DNA of 64,000 bases from Vicugna vicugna. Its lineage: Eukaryota. Under the pieces are notes generated by a model that had not been told where the DNA came from, did no database searches, and saw nothing but the letters and a program-made list of their open reading frames with translations. Of the stretch, positions 1-12,668 are shown in pieces. The DNA lies in contig MU057989.1 in the NCBI GenBank assembly GCA_013265495.1, forward strand, positions 248,001 through 312,000, read 5' to 3'. The translations under genes and the position numbers were made by a program. Each line of letters begins with the position of its first letter. The stretch's first letter is position 1.

Positions 1-806
1 GTGCTGGCCCTGAAATTTCAACGTTGTCTCTCAGGTGCTGGAGCAGCAGCTGAAACCTGCATTGGCCTCAGTGTCTATTCCTTCCCTCTGGGGTGCCCTC
101 CAGCCTCCCCCTGAGTACCACTCTCCCCACCTCAATGGTGAGGGTCACCAGAAGCTCCCGGGGGCTGTGGGCCACGTGAAAACAGGTCGGGGATTGAATG
201 TTGAGGGATGATCCAGGGCTCAGTGGCCCGGCCCCGTGAGGAGGGTGACGTGGTCAGCAGTTTGTCCCCAGGGGCAGCCCAGGTGTTTCTCTTGCCCCGT
301 TTCATGTGAAGTAGGGGTTGGCAGAGTGGAATCGGGATGACTTAAGGTGGGCCGACGGGTGCCCTGTACACTGTGACTGGCACTGACCGCACAGTCATCG
401 GAAGCTAAGGTTCACAGCCCCAGATTAGGGTCATAAAGTGCAGGGTCTCTGGGACACCTCCCCGACCTTGGGTCGGGCCAAGTGTCTGGGGGTGAGAAGG
501 AGGGGGGGCCAGGGGCCTGCAGGGTCAGCGGTTGTGGAGAGCAGCTGGCTGAGGACCCCTGTATCTCTGTCACCACCTCAGAGAAGAAAGGACAGTGCCA
601 ACTCCTCCCTCGGCCAGCTCTCACCTGGGAGCACAGAGGGTTAGGCGTCTGGGAATCAGGCTGACCCTGCACACTCCAGGGTGATGCTCCCACTTGTATG
701 TTTGCGTATCTGTGGTGATAAAGAGTGAGTGCGTGTGTGGGTCTGTATAACAGGTGTTGGGGTTCACAATGTAGCATAAACCTGTGCATCACTCTTACCT
801 CCACAG

Positions 807-2428
807 AATGTCTCAGAGCACATTGCTGTTTTGAGGGCCAATTTGGTAAGAAGCTCTTCCTTGTGTGTGTTGGGTGGATGAGGGAGGCTGGGTTCTGCTG
901 GGTGAAGCTGAGAATGTTCTGGGCCACTTGGGACCTGGAGGGAGAAAGACCACGCCTCTTTGTCCCAACTCTGTCTCTCTTCACAGCACAGTAAGGTAGA
1001 TGACTTTTGTGATAAAATGGAAAGTCTACCCAATGAAGATGCAAAGGTAGGTGTGTCTCCATGCTGCCACTCCCGTGCCCTCTCCACTTTGGGTGGGTGT
1101 GGCTGCTTCACAATGATGGTGATGATGAAGTGGGCAGGTCAGAGCTCATTCCTTACACTGGACAAAATTCACACCCGTGTGTCAGGACAGTACACAGGTG
1201 TGGGATATGGAGCTCCAGGGGTGCGGAGGGAGGTGCCCAAGTCCCAGGGCAATGATGGCAGAGCAGCGGTGACACATGCTTGGTCCCCAGGCACCTGGGC
1301 TGACCCCTCACCTGGGGGTGACAGGGCACAGATGAGAACAGACTGGGGTTTGGGGATAAGACTGCAAGTGAGAGAGGGTGGGGGGATTTTAAACCAAGCG
1401 ATGTTTTCTCTGCAGGTGCAACCAGCTCTAGAAGAGCTAGAGGTGAGTTTGGACCTTGCCCCTCCCCTAAGGTGGGTCCGCAGGGTTAGGATCAGCCAGG
1501 TTATTGGGCCTGGGCTGCTGGCTCCCTTCTGAGTCTCCTGGACCCATGGAGGCCACCGTGGGGACCACAGACCTCAGCAGACAGGGGCAGGAGTGCAGCC
1601 TGCACAATTCCTCTCCCCAGGACCAAATTAATGAGGACGTGCTTGAAGCTGTGGGTGCTACCATTGAGGACAATGTCTCGGTGAGTTTGAGCCACCATCT
1701 CTGCCCCTTGCTTCCCCTCCGCCCCTGCTCCCTCTTGACTTTGGTGCTGCCTTGTGTGTCCATAGCTCCCCTGAGCGGGGGATGGAAGGATGGCCCTTGA
1801 GAGGTCAATAGGTGTAGACTCCCTGGTACCAGCTTCCTGGGCAGCACACAGTGGCCAGAGCCCTGCCCTCCACTCAGTGCTTGAAGAGAGCATGTGTGCC
1901 AGGTGCTGGCCCATGGGCGTGTCTGCCAGCAGCCAGGTATTTCCAACTGTTTTTGCCCCGGAGGCGAATTGTGGGGCCAGGCCAAGGTCTGGGAAAGGTC
2001 CCCGTGTCTGCGGAGCTGTTGGGAGGAAAACACGCAGTTTCCACGTGTGGGCTTCCGTCTTCCAGACAGACTCTCCCAGAGGCTAAGAGACCTCGGCCCG
2101 GGTCACGACCTGAGGCTCCATCCGCCTCCTATCCCTGCAGGAATCTGCTCCCTTGCTTTCCGAGCTACGTCTCAGAACCCAAAGACCTGCTGATCCTGAG
2201 GTGATATTTGATGCCCCAGAGGTCCAGGAGCCTGAGAGCATTTGGGACAGGGTAGAGAGAACGTTTGATGTGCTGATGCAGAAATGGAAGGATGCACTGG
2301 CCTGGCTGCGGAAGAAGGTGGCTACCTGTCTACAGTCTTTGGGTAACGCGATTGAGACCATCTGGAGAGTGTTCAAAGGTTTCTGCCTCTCTCTGGGGCA
2401 GCTCTTCAAGAGCTGCATCACGGTCTAG
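807..2428 (+). CDS. IL32: Interleukin-32, coding exons 807-845, 987-1046, 1416-1442, 1621-1680, 2141-2428; start-codon exon not identified
   Basis: All exons are AG/GT flanked and phase 0. Peptides NVSEHIAVLRANL / HSKVDDFCDKMESLPNEDAK / VQPALEELE / DQINEDVLEAVGATIEDNVS / ESAPLL...WKDALAWLRKKV...FKGFCLSLGQLF match recalled human IL32 segments in length and sequence (e.g. HQAIERFYDKMQ, VMSSLAELE, FQSFCCSLSELF). Lies next to ZSCAN10 as in human. Confidence 0.85.
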
Positions 2429-2581
2429 GGGCCCCACGGGGTTCCGGAGGGTGTTGTTACCCTTGATCTTTCCTTGACAACCTCCTTCTCCTCCAACAAT
2501 TCGGGGGTGGATAAGACACCCCACTGCACAGTAAGCTATCTCTTACTGGATTTCCTGTTTTCATCCTGGTACTTTGATCTT

Positions 2582-2587
2582 AATAAA
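2582..2587 (+). terminator. AATAAA polyadenylation signal of IL32
   Basis: AATAAA about 150 nt after the stop codon. Confidence 0.7.
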
Positions 2588-4069
2588 AGATCAACCTATC
2601 CAAATCGAGTGCCTGTGGTGATGGGAGGTGCGGGCCCAGTGGTGACAGGGAGAGGTCATGAATCAGATGGATCCAGGCCCGGGGTCCTGACTCTAGGTGA
2701 GGAAGGAGAAGCCACCAGGCTCTCTAATCCATGACTGGGGACACTGGGCACACACACTGGTTATGGGCTGTCTGGTGGTGAGGGCTGGATGATTTTAGAC
2801 CAGTGTGTGACTTAGCACAGTCCCGGAGGCACAGCAGGTGCTCAGTAAGTGGCCACTGCCCGGACACAGGGAGGCAGTCAGGGGCTTGGGCACCCTCTTT
2901 TCCTCTCCTGACCTCTGTTATTGGGCCTTCAACCCTCCAGCTGGGGCCTCTGAAACTCCTTGGTCTTTCTCCCAAGATCAGAGGCCCAGGGTCTGAGGCA
3001 GAGGAGGGTGGGGAGTACACCCAACCCTAGACCAGGAGGGCAGACAGAGATGGGAGGGGCAGGAGTCGGCTCCCTGGGCCTGTGGCCTCCATCAGGCTTT
3101 ACTACCCCACCCCACCCAGCCCCGACCTCCTGCCTCCGGCAGGTCCATACACAGCAGCTTTGCAATCTCAGGTGTTTGGCTGTGAACAGCAGCTGCTCAG
3201 AGGAAGAGGAAAGGGTGGTGCTTGACCTGTTATCCGCAGGGGCCCGCCCTGGGTGCAGAACAAAAGGATGAAGGAGGAAATGAACCTGTGGAGGAAGAAA
3301 TACAATACCACATGGGGGCTCTCTGATCTGTGGTCCAGGAAGGGGGATGCTGTGTGGTCCTGAGGGACATGGGAGCAGATTGGGAGCCAAGAAAACTCAA
3401 GGACCAGGGACCGTTGTTTGGGTCAGTAACCCACTTGATTGTCTGCCAGTCACTTCAGACCCTTTTGGATGTAGCAATGAGCTTTGGATTCTTAGCAGGA
3501 GGGACCCCTGGGAGCCAGGTGTGCATCCAGCAGGAGGAGGTGATGGCTGGTCCATGACGCTGACATCAGCATCATGTCGCTGATCATCCTAAGGGACCCT
3601 GGTTGCTTTCAGCCCAGGCCCAGCAAGGGAGGGGACTAGGAGGAAGGGTCTTCCTGCCTCCTGGCCTGCACCTTCCTTCTTGAGGCAGAAGGCTGCCCGT
3701 TCTCGGTTTTCCTTTTGTCAGAGCCCCCATCTGGCCCACACCTTCTTCCTTCACTTCCAGGGAGGCCCTCTGACAGTCTTTAGCTTGGAAGGCCCACCTT
3801 TGGCCTGAGTTGCCTGACTCCAGGGTGCTGCCCACAGCCCCAGCCTTTACTTCTCCTTGGCCCAGTCTGGCCTTTACCCCCCAGTCAGCATTCAAGTTGT
3901 TTCAGAACTTCCCCTGCTTTCTCACATGACGCATGTCAAACCTGCACTTGACTCTTCTTACTGAGAAAACCTTCCTGTGTTGAAGCCATCAGGGCTTGGT
4001 GGCCCACCACTCCCTTGAGGTCACCATCTGTGAGCCTGGACAACTGTGATGCCCTCCTAGCTGACCTCC

Positions 4070-4430
4070 CTGGTCTCCCCTCATTCAAGTTACTGCCATG
4101 CCGCAGCCAAGGCCTAATGATGTCATTGTTAAAAAGGAAATAACTCCCTGTCTGGAAACCTCATGTTTTCCCATGGTGAGGAAGCCCTGACCTTGACCTG
4201 CAAGGCTCTGTGTGCCTCATCAGGCCCCGATGGAAGTCTCCCCTCAGGGTAATGTCCTCCAGCTGCCTGCCAAGTTCTGCCCTTCTCAGGGTCTTTGCAG
4301 ATGCTGTTCCCTCTGCCTGGGATGCACCTCTTTTTTGGGGGGAGGCAGCCTCCCCCTTCTATTTTAGGCCTTGTTCTCTTCAATACTCTCCCCACCCTCC
4401 ACATTCCCTGGCACATAGTAGGGGCTGGAG
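4070..4430. mobile_element. Ancient LINE2-like fragment
   Basis: L2-type phrases such as ctttgcagatgctgttccctctgcctgg and cctggcacatagtagg; boundaries approximate. Confidence 0.5.
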
Positions 4431-5678
4431 AAATAATAAAGCCTTTAAATGCTGTGGGTTCTCCCAGCTCCTCACTCTCAATCTCTTAGCTGACTAATCC
4501 TTTGTCTTTGACATTTTCTCCCTTCATGGAGTTTCCCATGCTTCTAATTTGTTCTGTGACATCTTGTGACTCTCTGTAACCCAGTCTTCCTCCCAAACCC
4601 TAAAGGCCTGGGCCCTCCTCAGGCTCGGAGCTTTCCCACCCAATTGTGCCCAAGAATCCCCTCTACATTGCCCGCATCTGGGGTCTCTTCTGCTTCAGTA
4701 CCTTGAGCTCTGGTTGATGAGTTCACTTCCTTTCCACAAACACTTTCTAAAGAGCAGCTATGTGTCAGGTTGGTGGAGGGGCAACCATTGAGATACAGGA
4801 TTTTTGTGGGTGAAAAAATCAGACCAAAGCAGGAAGTCAGTTTTTGTGCGTTCTGGAGCTGGGGTGGGTTGTTTTTCTCTCTTGTATTTTTACCAGAAGT
4901 CACATGATTTAAAATCTGCCTAACAGCGAGGCAGCCAATTCAAGTTGGCCTGATGGGCATGAAAAAAGGTGCAGGAAATCTACGAGAGTTTTCAGTTTGG
5001 AGCATTAGGAGTGGTTAGGGGTCTCGAACTGTCAACCTAACTTGGCCGCAGGCAGGTTTGGTCTGCCTGCTTGTGTTTTCAGTTTGCATTTGTTAGCAAT
5101 GTTCCAGAAGAATCTGTTTCCCATAGTAACCCAGAATATGAAATTTTAAATTTTATTTAATTTGAATTAATTTCAACAGCCACAAGTTGCTAGAGGATAC
5201 TGTGTTGGTTGAGATAAGACTGTAGAGGAGAAAAATTCCAGGGTGGGATTGCTTGGCCTCACCCAAGGTGGCTGCGACAGATGGCCACCCTCCCCTCACT
5301 CCACACCCAGTCGGAGACTTTGTATGGGAGAGGAACTTTCCCAGGACCTGCTCCCAACCAACCTGTTATTGAGGGGGTGGGGATAGGAGAAAGGCATCAC
5401 TGTGACACACTGGGGAGGGGAACAGGTGGCAATGATACACTCAACAAAATAAATGAAGAGGGACCACTTTCAAGAAGGCTGTTTTACTTTAGGCATTTCG
5501 AAATACATTCCTAAGGCCAGGAAGAGATGCCTCTGCGGAAGGGAAGACCTAACAGGCAGGGTCGGGGGAGCCAGAGGAAGGTGTCATGGAGTGTCGGGGC
5601 AGAGCCATCCACTGAAGCCTTGGCCAGGGACGCCAGGGAGAAGCGCACAGGGCAGACTTGGGGGAGCTCGGAGATAAG

Positions 5679-8600
5679 CTAGTACAGGGTCTCCCGCGCA
5701 TGCGTTCTCAGGTGGCGCAGGAGGTGGGAGTTGCGGCTAAAGCTCCGGCCACACTGCGTGCATGAGTAGGGCCTGGCTCCCGTGTGGACCAGCATGTGCC
5801 GCAGCAGATTGCAGCTGCGGCTGAAAATCTTGCCGCACTCCAGGCACTCCTGCGGGGGCTCAGCCTGCCCAGACCCGGACTCATCCCCTGCCCCTGCGTG
5901 GGTGGCCAGGTGTCGCTGCAGGTGGGCGTTGCGCCGGAAGCTCCGGCCGCACTTCTGGCAGCTGTATGGCCGCTCGCCAGTGTGGCTGCGGCGGTGGCGG
6001 GCCAGGTTGGAGCTGTTTCGGAAACGGTGGCCGCACGTGTCACAGATGTGGGGCTTCTCCCCGGTGTGGATGCGCTGGTGGCGCGCCAGGTGAGCGCTCT
6101 GGCTGAAGCCCTCGCCGCACTCGCTGCAGCGGCAGGGCTTCTCCCCTGTGTGACTGCGCCGGTGGCGGGCGAGGTCCTGGGTCTGGCTGAAGCTCTTGCC
6201 GCACTGGACGCAGTTGTGGGGCCTAGGGCCGCCGTGGGTCAGGAGGTGGCGGGCGAGGCCAGCCCGCCGCATGAAGCGCTTCCCGCAGTGCGGGCAGCTG
6301 TAGGGCCTCTCGCCCGTGTGCACCCGCTGGTGGCAGACCAGCTGGGAGCTCTGACTGAAGCTGCGGCCGCAGACCTGGCAGGAGAAGGGCCGCTCGCCGG
6401 TGTGCACGCGCCGGTGTGCCCCCAGGTGCTCGCTGCGCCGGAAAGCCTTGCCGCAGTCGCTGCACACATAGGGCCTGCGCTCAGGCCCCGGGTGCAGGCT
6501 GCCCGAGCACTCGGAGCACTGGTGGCCCTTGTCCTTGGCGTGGATTCGCAGGTGGCGCTTGAGGCTGGAGCGGCGCTGGAAGGTCTGGCCGCAGTGGGAG
6601 CACAGGACTACGGCCAGCTCCGGGGGCGCTTGAGTCTTGGTCTCCGGCGCGCACGAGGGCTTTTGGTCCTGGGCGTGCGCCAGGAGGTGCTGCATGAGGC
6701 TGGCCCGGCGCTGGAAGCCCTGGCCGCACTCGGCGCACAGGAAGGCAGGCTCAGAAGAGTGCGTCTGCAGGTGTTTGCTCAGATGCGAGCTCTGGCGGAA
6801 GCGGTGGCCACAGAGATGGCAGGTGTGCGGCCGCTCATCCGTGTGCGTGCGCATGTGCAGCTTGAGGATAGAGCTGCGGCCAAAGCTCTTCCCGCAACAC
6901 AAGCACAGGAAGGACCGCGCGCCGGGGTGAGACCGCAGCTGGTGCGCCTCCAGCCGGGAGAGCTGCGGGAAGCTCACCCCGCACTCTGTGCAGATGAACT
7001 TAATCTCCGGCTCTGACTTGGGGGTCCCTCCGGCCACTTTGACCTCGAGAACATCAGTCCTGCTCGGAGGGGACATTTCTCCACCCATGCGATCCACCTC
7101 AGGGCCCCGCCCAAGCGACTGGGTGTGGGGCTCTTCCGCCACCCTGGGACTGTCGGCCCAAGACTTTGCCGAGTTGGCAGTGGGCCAAGAAACCACTTTC
7201 TGCTCTTCTTCTTTAAACTCCTTGTCTGGGGTTCTGCTTCCAAATCCTGAGAAAGCAAAGAGTACCAGTCAGCCTTTTGGGGAGGGGCTTTTAAGAATCG
7301 CCAGAACCTCACTGCGTGGAGGCGGAAGAAACCCAGAATCCTGCAAAGTTGGTAGGAGGGCAGAGGGTGGGGGTAAAACCCAGTTATGTACAAGGTACTG
7401 TTTTAAGGTATGTAATTCAGGTCCATTAGGTATATTCATAATATTGTGCCACCATCACCACTATCTAGTGTCATCCTCCCAAACGGAAACATGCCTGTTA
7501 AGAGGCACTCCCGTTGACCACTTATTTTAAAAGCTCAGAGTTGTCAGGGTTGATGATTAAACTCAATGAACCTTAAAAATTGCATCTATATATCTATATA
7601 GATATAGGCATATCAATATATATCTGTATAGATATGTATCAATATTTGCCTCACCAAAATAGCCCATTTTTAGCCAAAGAGGCCGAAAAATCAGTTAGGG
7701 CCTGGAGTTTCAGGGACCACTCCAACAGGCAAAGGAAAAGTCTTCAGTGGTCATAAACCTGGGAAAAGGACCTCTTACCCAGAGGATGCACAGGCCAAGC
7801 CTTCTTTGCTGGAACATCTTCAAAGGTCAGGGACTCCTGTGACCAAAGGAGGGGAAGAGATTCTCAGTGAGTGAGGGACGAGGCCCTGGGATTTGAGGGG
7901 GATGAAGAACTTTCAAGGTTTAAATTAAGGAAGATGTGGATTTGCTAAAACTGCAGAGGCAGAGAACATTCCAGGCCATGAGATCTACCCTGAGTGAGGG
8001 GACCAGTCTGGCTCACCAGCACAGCTGCCAGCTCCTGATCTCCAGAGTTCTCCTCCGGCCACAGCTCAGGGCCCTGGGGGACTGACAGCACTGGGGGAGA
8101 AAGAAAGAGCTGTTAGAAGCCAGCCTTACCCACCATGCTGTTATGAGAATGTGCACACATGCACACCATCACCAGGGCCCCTCGACAGACATCTTGGCTC
8201 TCCCCCATTCCCGTCAGTTAGGGAGGATGCCCAATTCTCTCTGCACCCCCACGCACCTGGCCTCCCAGCTCCCACCAAACACCAGACCTGCACCTTCTGT
8301 AGGCACCAGCTCCTCACCGCTCTCCTGCAAGGCCTGCAACGTTCCCTTAGGACCTGGGCTCAATGGCTGCTTTGAACTTGGGGGACGTCTCCAGGCCCCC
8401 ATCTCTGCAGGCTTGGAGGGCCCTGACTGGGACAGCAGGAGTTCCTTTGCTGGTTCCAGGGCTGGAGGCCCTTCTGAAGGCACTTCCTTTTTGGGGCTGT
8501 GGCTGGAGACCTGGGAAGAGCCCCCCTGTTCCTCCAAGGTGATGTCTGCACGGGGATAGTTCTTGCCAGCATTAAAACTAAAATCCTGTCCAGAACACAT

Positions 8601-9341
8601 CCATGTTAGGTGACAGACAGGATGTTAATCCATGTCCTACTAACTCCCAAGGGAAATGGAACTGAGGAAAGTGGGAGTCAGACAGGGAAGGAGTTGGGAG
8701 GTTAAGGAGGAATTGGAGGAGGGAGGGAGGTGGAGTGCTCAGTGATTTCTTTTCTTTCTTTTTTTAATTTTGTGCAAATTTTGATGGAGATACTGGGGGT
8801 TGAACCCAGGACCTCTCACATGCTAAGCATGTGCTCTACCACTGAACTATACCCTCCACCTCCCTGTTCAGTGATTTCTTAATGGGGTGATAAAGTCCCT
8901 GTCTTTCTACCTGCTGTCCAGCCCACCTGGCTGCTACCCTCTTACCAATGGTCCCACGTTGCTGGACTCCCTCTGGACACCCTCCAGCAGCAGCACGACC
9001 TCTTCGCCATCCCTGAGCTGCTGGCCCTGTAGCCGGGCCAGGAGATGCGGAGGCAGCACGCTCAGGAACTGCTCCAGCACCAGCAGCTCCAGGATCTGCT
9101 TCTTGGTGTGCAGCGCCGGCCGCAGCCAGTGGCTACAGAGCTCCCGGAGCCGGCTCAGGGACGCCCTTGGCCCCATATCCTCCTGATACTGGAAGCATCT
9201 GAAGAGTTGGTGAGCCACCTCGGGCCGGGGCCTGGCCTCTGGCTGCCTGGGGTCTTCCTGGCCAGCAGCCTCCTCCTCCTCCAGTTTGACTGCTCCAAAC
9301 TGCTCTGGCTCCTGTGCAGCCGGGACAGATTCTGAAAGCAT
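5679..9341 (-). CDS. ZSCAN10: SCAN-domain C2H2 zinc finger protein ZSCAN10 (Zfp206), 784 aa; coding exons 9341-8946, 8585-8318, 8081-8017, 7836-7779, 7246-5679
   Basis: SCAN domain ([37 protein letters not shown]), about 14 C2H2 fingers, C-terminus [10 protein letters not shown] as in human ZSCAN10. Exons total 2355 nt with consistent phases. Confidence 0.96.
8752..8867 (-). mobile_element. Short tRNA-derived SINE with target-site duplication
   Basis: Reverse-strand A/B-box head and T-rich tail; flanking direct repeat tcagtgatttctt at 8739-8751 and 8868-8880. Confidence 0.8.
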
Positions 9342-9577
9342 CCTTCCCCTTGGTGATGCCTTACAGCGATTGCTTCCACTCTCGGGTCTGTCTCCCTCTC
9401 AGCTCCACAAGATGGCTAAAGATGTGGCCTCCAGAGGAATTGTTTCTCAAACTGGTCCTGGGTAATGGCTCGGCCTGGCCAACACACCAAAAGGCAAGAA
9501 AATGGGTTGTTTGGTACTATCATTCCCTCCTGCAGCACTTAGAACTTCACATCACTTTACCCTGGTGGAAAAGAAAG

Positions 9578-9700
9578 GAGGGGGGAGGGTGTAGCTCAGT
9601 GGTACAGTGCGTGCTTAGCATGCACGGGGGGCCTCGGTTCAATTCACAGTGCCTCCATTAAATAAATAAATAGACCAAATTGCCTCCCTCTGCAAAACAA
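9578..9700 (+). mobile_element. Short tRNA-derived SINE (camelid vic-1-like)
   Basis: gggagggtgtagctcagtggt...ggttcaattc...attaaataaataaata; flanked by a repeated cactttaccc. Confidence 0.8.
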
Positions 9701-9889
9701 ACACTTTACCCCAGTGGTTAAAGTTGGCATCCCAGAGAGGGCAGTCTGGCTTTCCCTGCCTCTTGATATTGTGCCACAGAGAGTACCTGGTACCACTGAA
9801 GATGGGTCCTTGCCAAAAATATCCCATCGCAATCCAATCCAGCCTTTAGACCCAATTTCCAGTTCCAGGAACATTGCAGGGAATAAGAA

Positions 9890-10400
9890 CAAGTTGGCAG
9901 GGAGGCTAAGAGTGACGCTGTTTAAGGGTACAAACTTGGAACGAGTGGTAAATAAGTCATAGAGATTCAATGCCTAGTGTAATAAATAGACAATGACATT
10001 GTACTATAATTATGTAATGTAAGTATCGCTACATCACAATCATATTATGATAGATGCTGTATATCTTAAACTTACTCAATGTTATATGTCTAACTTATTT
10101 TTTAAAAAAAGCTCTAAAAGATATTCTGGGGGTCACTTGGGGAAACCTGAACATGGCTGGGGCACTATTAATGGCTATTAATTTCTGAGGTGGGATTCCA
10201 GTGTGATGATATGTAGGAAGTGTCTTTATTCTTAGAAAATACTGGCGGGTTTGGAAGTGAAGGGGCAGGAGGGTTCAGCCACATTTATGAGTTGACTTGG
10301 CAAATGTGGCAAAATTACAGCAATTGTTGAAGCTGGAAGACGGGTTCATTGCATTGCTCTTCCAACTTCTCTGAAAGTTTGAGAATTTTCAAGATTAAAG
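9890..10400 (+). mobile_element. L1 3'-UTR fragments
   Basis: L1 3'-end-like text (aagggtacaaactt..., ttaaacttactcaatgttatatgtc, A-tract); approximate. Confidence 0.5.
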
Positions 10401-12643
10401 GCTAGGGTTGGGGTTAGTTCATGCATGTGATCTCTCCTTGACCAGACATCCCAACCTTCATTTTATGGCTCTGCAGGTGGCTCTGAGCAGTCAAGGCCAA
10501 GGCCACCCAGCTGACCATTGCAGGGCTAAGCTCCCACCTGATGCTCCGATCCCCTTACCTCCCTGAGTTCCATCCCTAGAGACAGGCCAAGATGAGCCAG
10601 GGAGCTGGGATGGGTGGATAGGTCTCCAGATGAGAGACTGAAGCTTACAGCTTGGAGTTTGTGACAGATGTGTCCCCAAGGTAGGCCAAAGCAGCCTTAC
10701 CCACTTCAGAGGCCTCTAGTGGGTTCACCCTTGCAAGCTGGGTGGTGGGTGGGAGAGGCAGTCATTCCTCTTTCTTTCCTATTTTTTTTTTTTAAGATTC
10801 TGGATTCTTTCTTGGTCTATCCGTCTGGGAGGTATTCACCCCAAACCTGTGAGTCTGGCCAACAATTTAAAAAAGTGTTTCTAACTGGCCTGGGAGCAAT
10901 GGTTCCATGGAACTATTCCTTCCTTTGCTGGGTAGCCCAGACCTACCTAGGGGGAGTTGACCCAAGTGCAGCCCCACCCACAGGAGGCTCAGTTCAGTCC
11001 TTCAGCACAACCCAGAGGCTTACTCTTTTCTGAACAGGGAATTTTATGTTTTAATTTGGGCAGGAATTATCTTACGGGTACAGAATCCCAAGTGCCAACA
11101 TCTCTCTGCCTTCTGTGCTTACCAGCCTCAGGGCTGCACATGAACTTCTCCCAAACCTGCCCCCCACCCCTACCCCGGCCCTATGAACATCTGAGGCAGA
11201 GGGATGGGAAGAAACCCTCCTGCATCACTTCCCACCACATAAAGGGTGTAAAGCAATGCCCGACTCCCAGCAGTCAGAGCACACTGGCTGCACATAAGTA
11301 GTAGCTATTGCAATTCTCATTACTGGGTAAAAATACAAAAGACCACAGCTAACAGTCTGTCCTATCACTGACCCATTTTACAGTCTCAGACACCCAGACT
11401 CAGGGGTACAGACATTTCCCCAAGAAAGTAGCCCAGCCTTGGCAATGGAGCCAGGAAGAAGTCAACCGGATCAAGTGCGTTGGATATTTTGAGCCCCCTT
11501 CATCTGGAGCTGAAGGATCTCTGAACCTCCTTTTCAGGTGGGGTGAGCGGGGTATGATGTGGGAGAACAGAAGAAACTTGTGTTTGAAGTCTAGCACTTT
11601 CCACCACTGAGGAGAGGGTCATGATGCTAAAACAAAGCCCCAGGCCTAAATCCTGACCACCTGACCAGGCTGGTCCCCATCTCTCCAGCCTTCCTCTACC
11701 TCCCTCCCTCTCCCTGACCTCCCCTCTCCTTCCTACTTCTCTCCAGTCTCTCCCCACTCCAGACTCTCCTTGGCTTTGCATGCCCCCACCCCATCCTCTC
11801 TGCCAGCAGCCTTGTCCAGCCTCTGTTCTTTTCTGCTCTTTGGCAAATGAAATTCCTACCCTCTCTTCTGGTACTCCACACCCCGCCCCGACCTGTCTCT
11901 GCTATCCAGTGTCACCACCATTGAAGATGAATATATCCACCCCACCACCCCCCGGGGCCTGCAAATGGGTACTGGGTCTTGTTTACCCACCACTTGAAGT
12001 GATTTCAGTGTTTGTTAGCAGAAAGAAATGATAATGGCTACCTCGCAGTTTTAATTCTTGAGGAATATATGCAAAAATATCTGGTGCAGAAAGGGCCTTT
12101 ACTAAATAAATGTTCAAGAAAATGGAGTTCTGTTCTATTGTGTTTTGGTAGCATGAGCAAAATCATTAGAGACCTAGTCGCATATGACCAGGAACCCTGT
12201 TATTAGCAGCTGGCAGGGACTGAGTGCTTCTCTGTATGGGCTCTCTGCTTAGGGTCGCTTAACCCCATCCAGCCTCCAAGGTAAATTATAATTTCTCCAT
12301 TTGACAAGTGCAAAGACCAAGGTCTGAGAGGATGGGTGACTTGCTTAGGGTCACACCAGGGGCAGCCAAGATTTGCTTTAAGGTTTAAGAATGTTGATCT
12401 GACGGTGCGAAAACTCAGGAACAGAAAAGGATTCAATTTCCCTCCCGCCCAGTGCAGTTTGCCTAGTCTTAACCAGAATATTACAGCATGAATCAGAGGG
12501 AAAAAAAGGATTCAAAATTGCAACCCTCAGGGCTAGACACGTGGGGCACTGGAATCTTCAGGTGAAGTCTCACCAAAAGCCGAAGAGATGGAATTCAAGG
12601 GAAGTTGGCCCTAGAGAGTCTTTCCCTCCCCCAAGTCTCCAGG

Positions 12644-12668
12644 ACAAAAGCTCTGTTAATATGCGCAT
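12644..12668. promoter_or_regulatory. Candidate composite Sox-Oct element in ZSCAN10 intron 1
   Basis: ACAAAAG (Sox-type), 10-nt spacer, ATGCGCAT (variant octamer). ZSCAN10/Zfp206 is an established Oct4/Sox2 target. Confidence 0.5.

Noticed and set aside
3150..3600. Purine-rich coding-looking segment after IL32
   Set aside because: Only short ORFs, no consistent exon chain or recognisable homology.
5784..7016. 410-aa plus-strand ORF
   Set aside because: Antisense shadow of the GC-rich ZSCAN10 zinc-finger exon.
7581..7640. Quasi-palindromic TA/GA tract
   Set aside because: Degenerate microsatellite with no evidence of function.
9578..9700. tRNA-like A/B boxes, also at 8752, 54668 and 57341
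   Set aside because: No complete cloverleaf; A-rich tails and flanking repeats identify them as SINEs.
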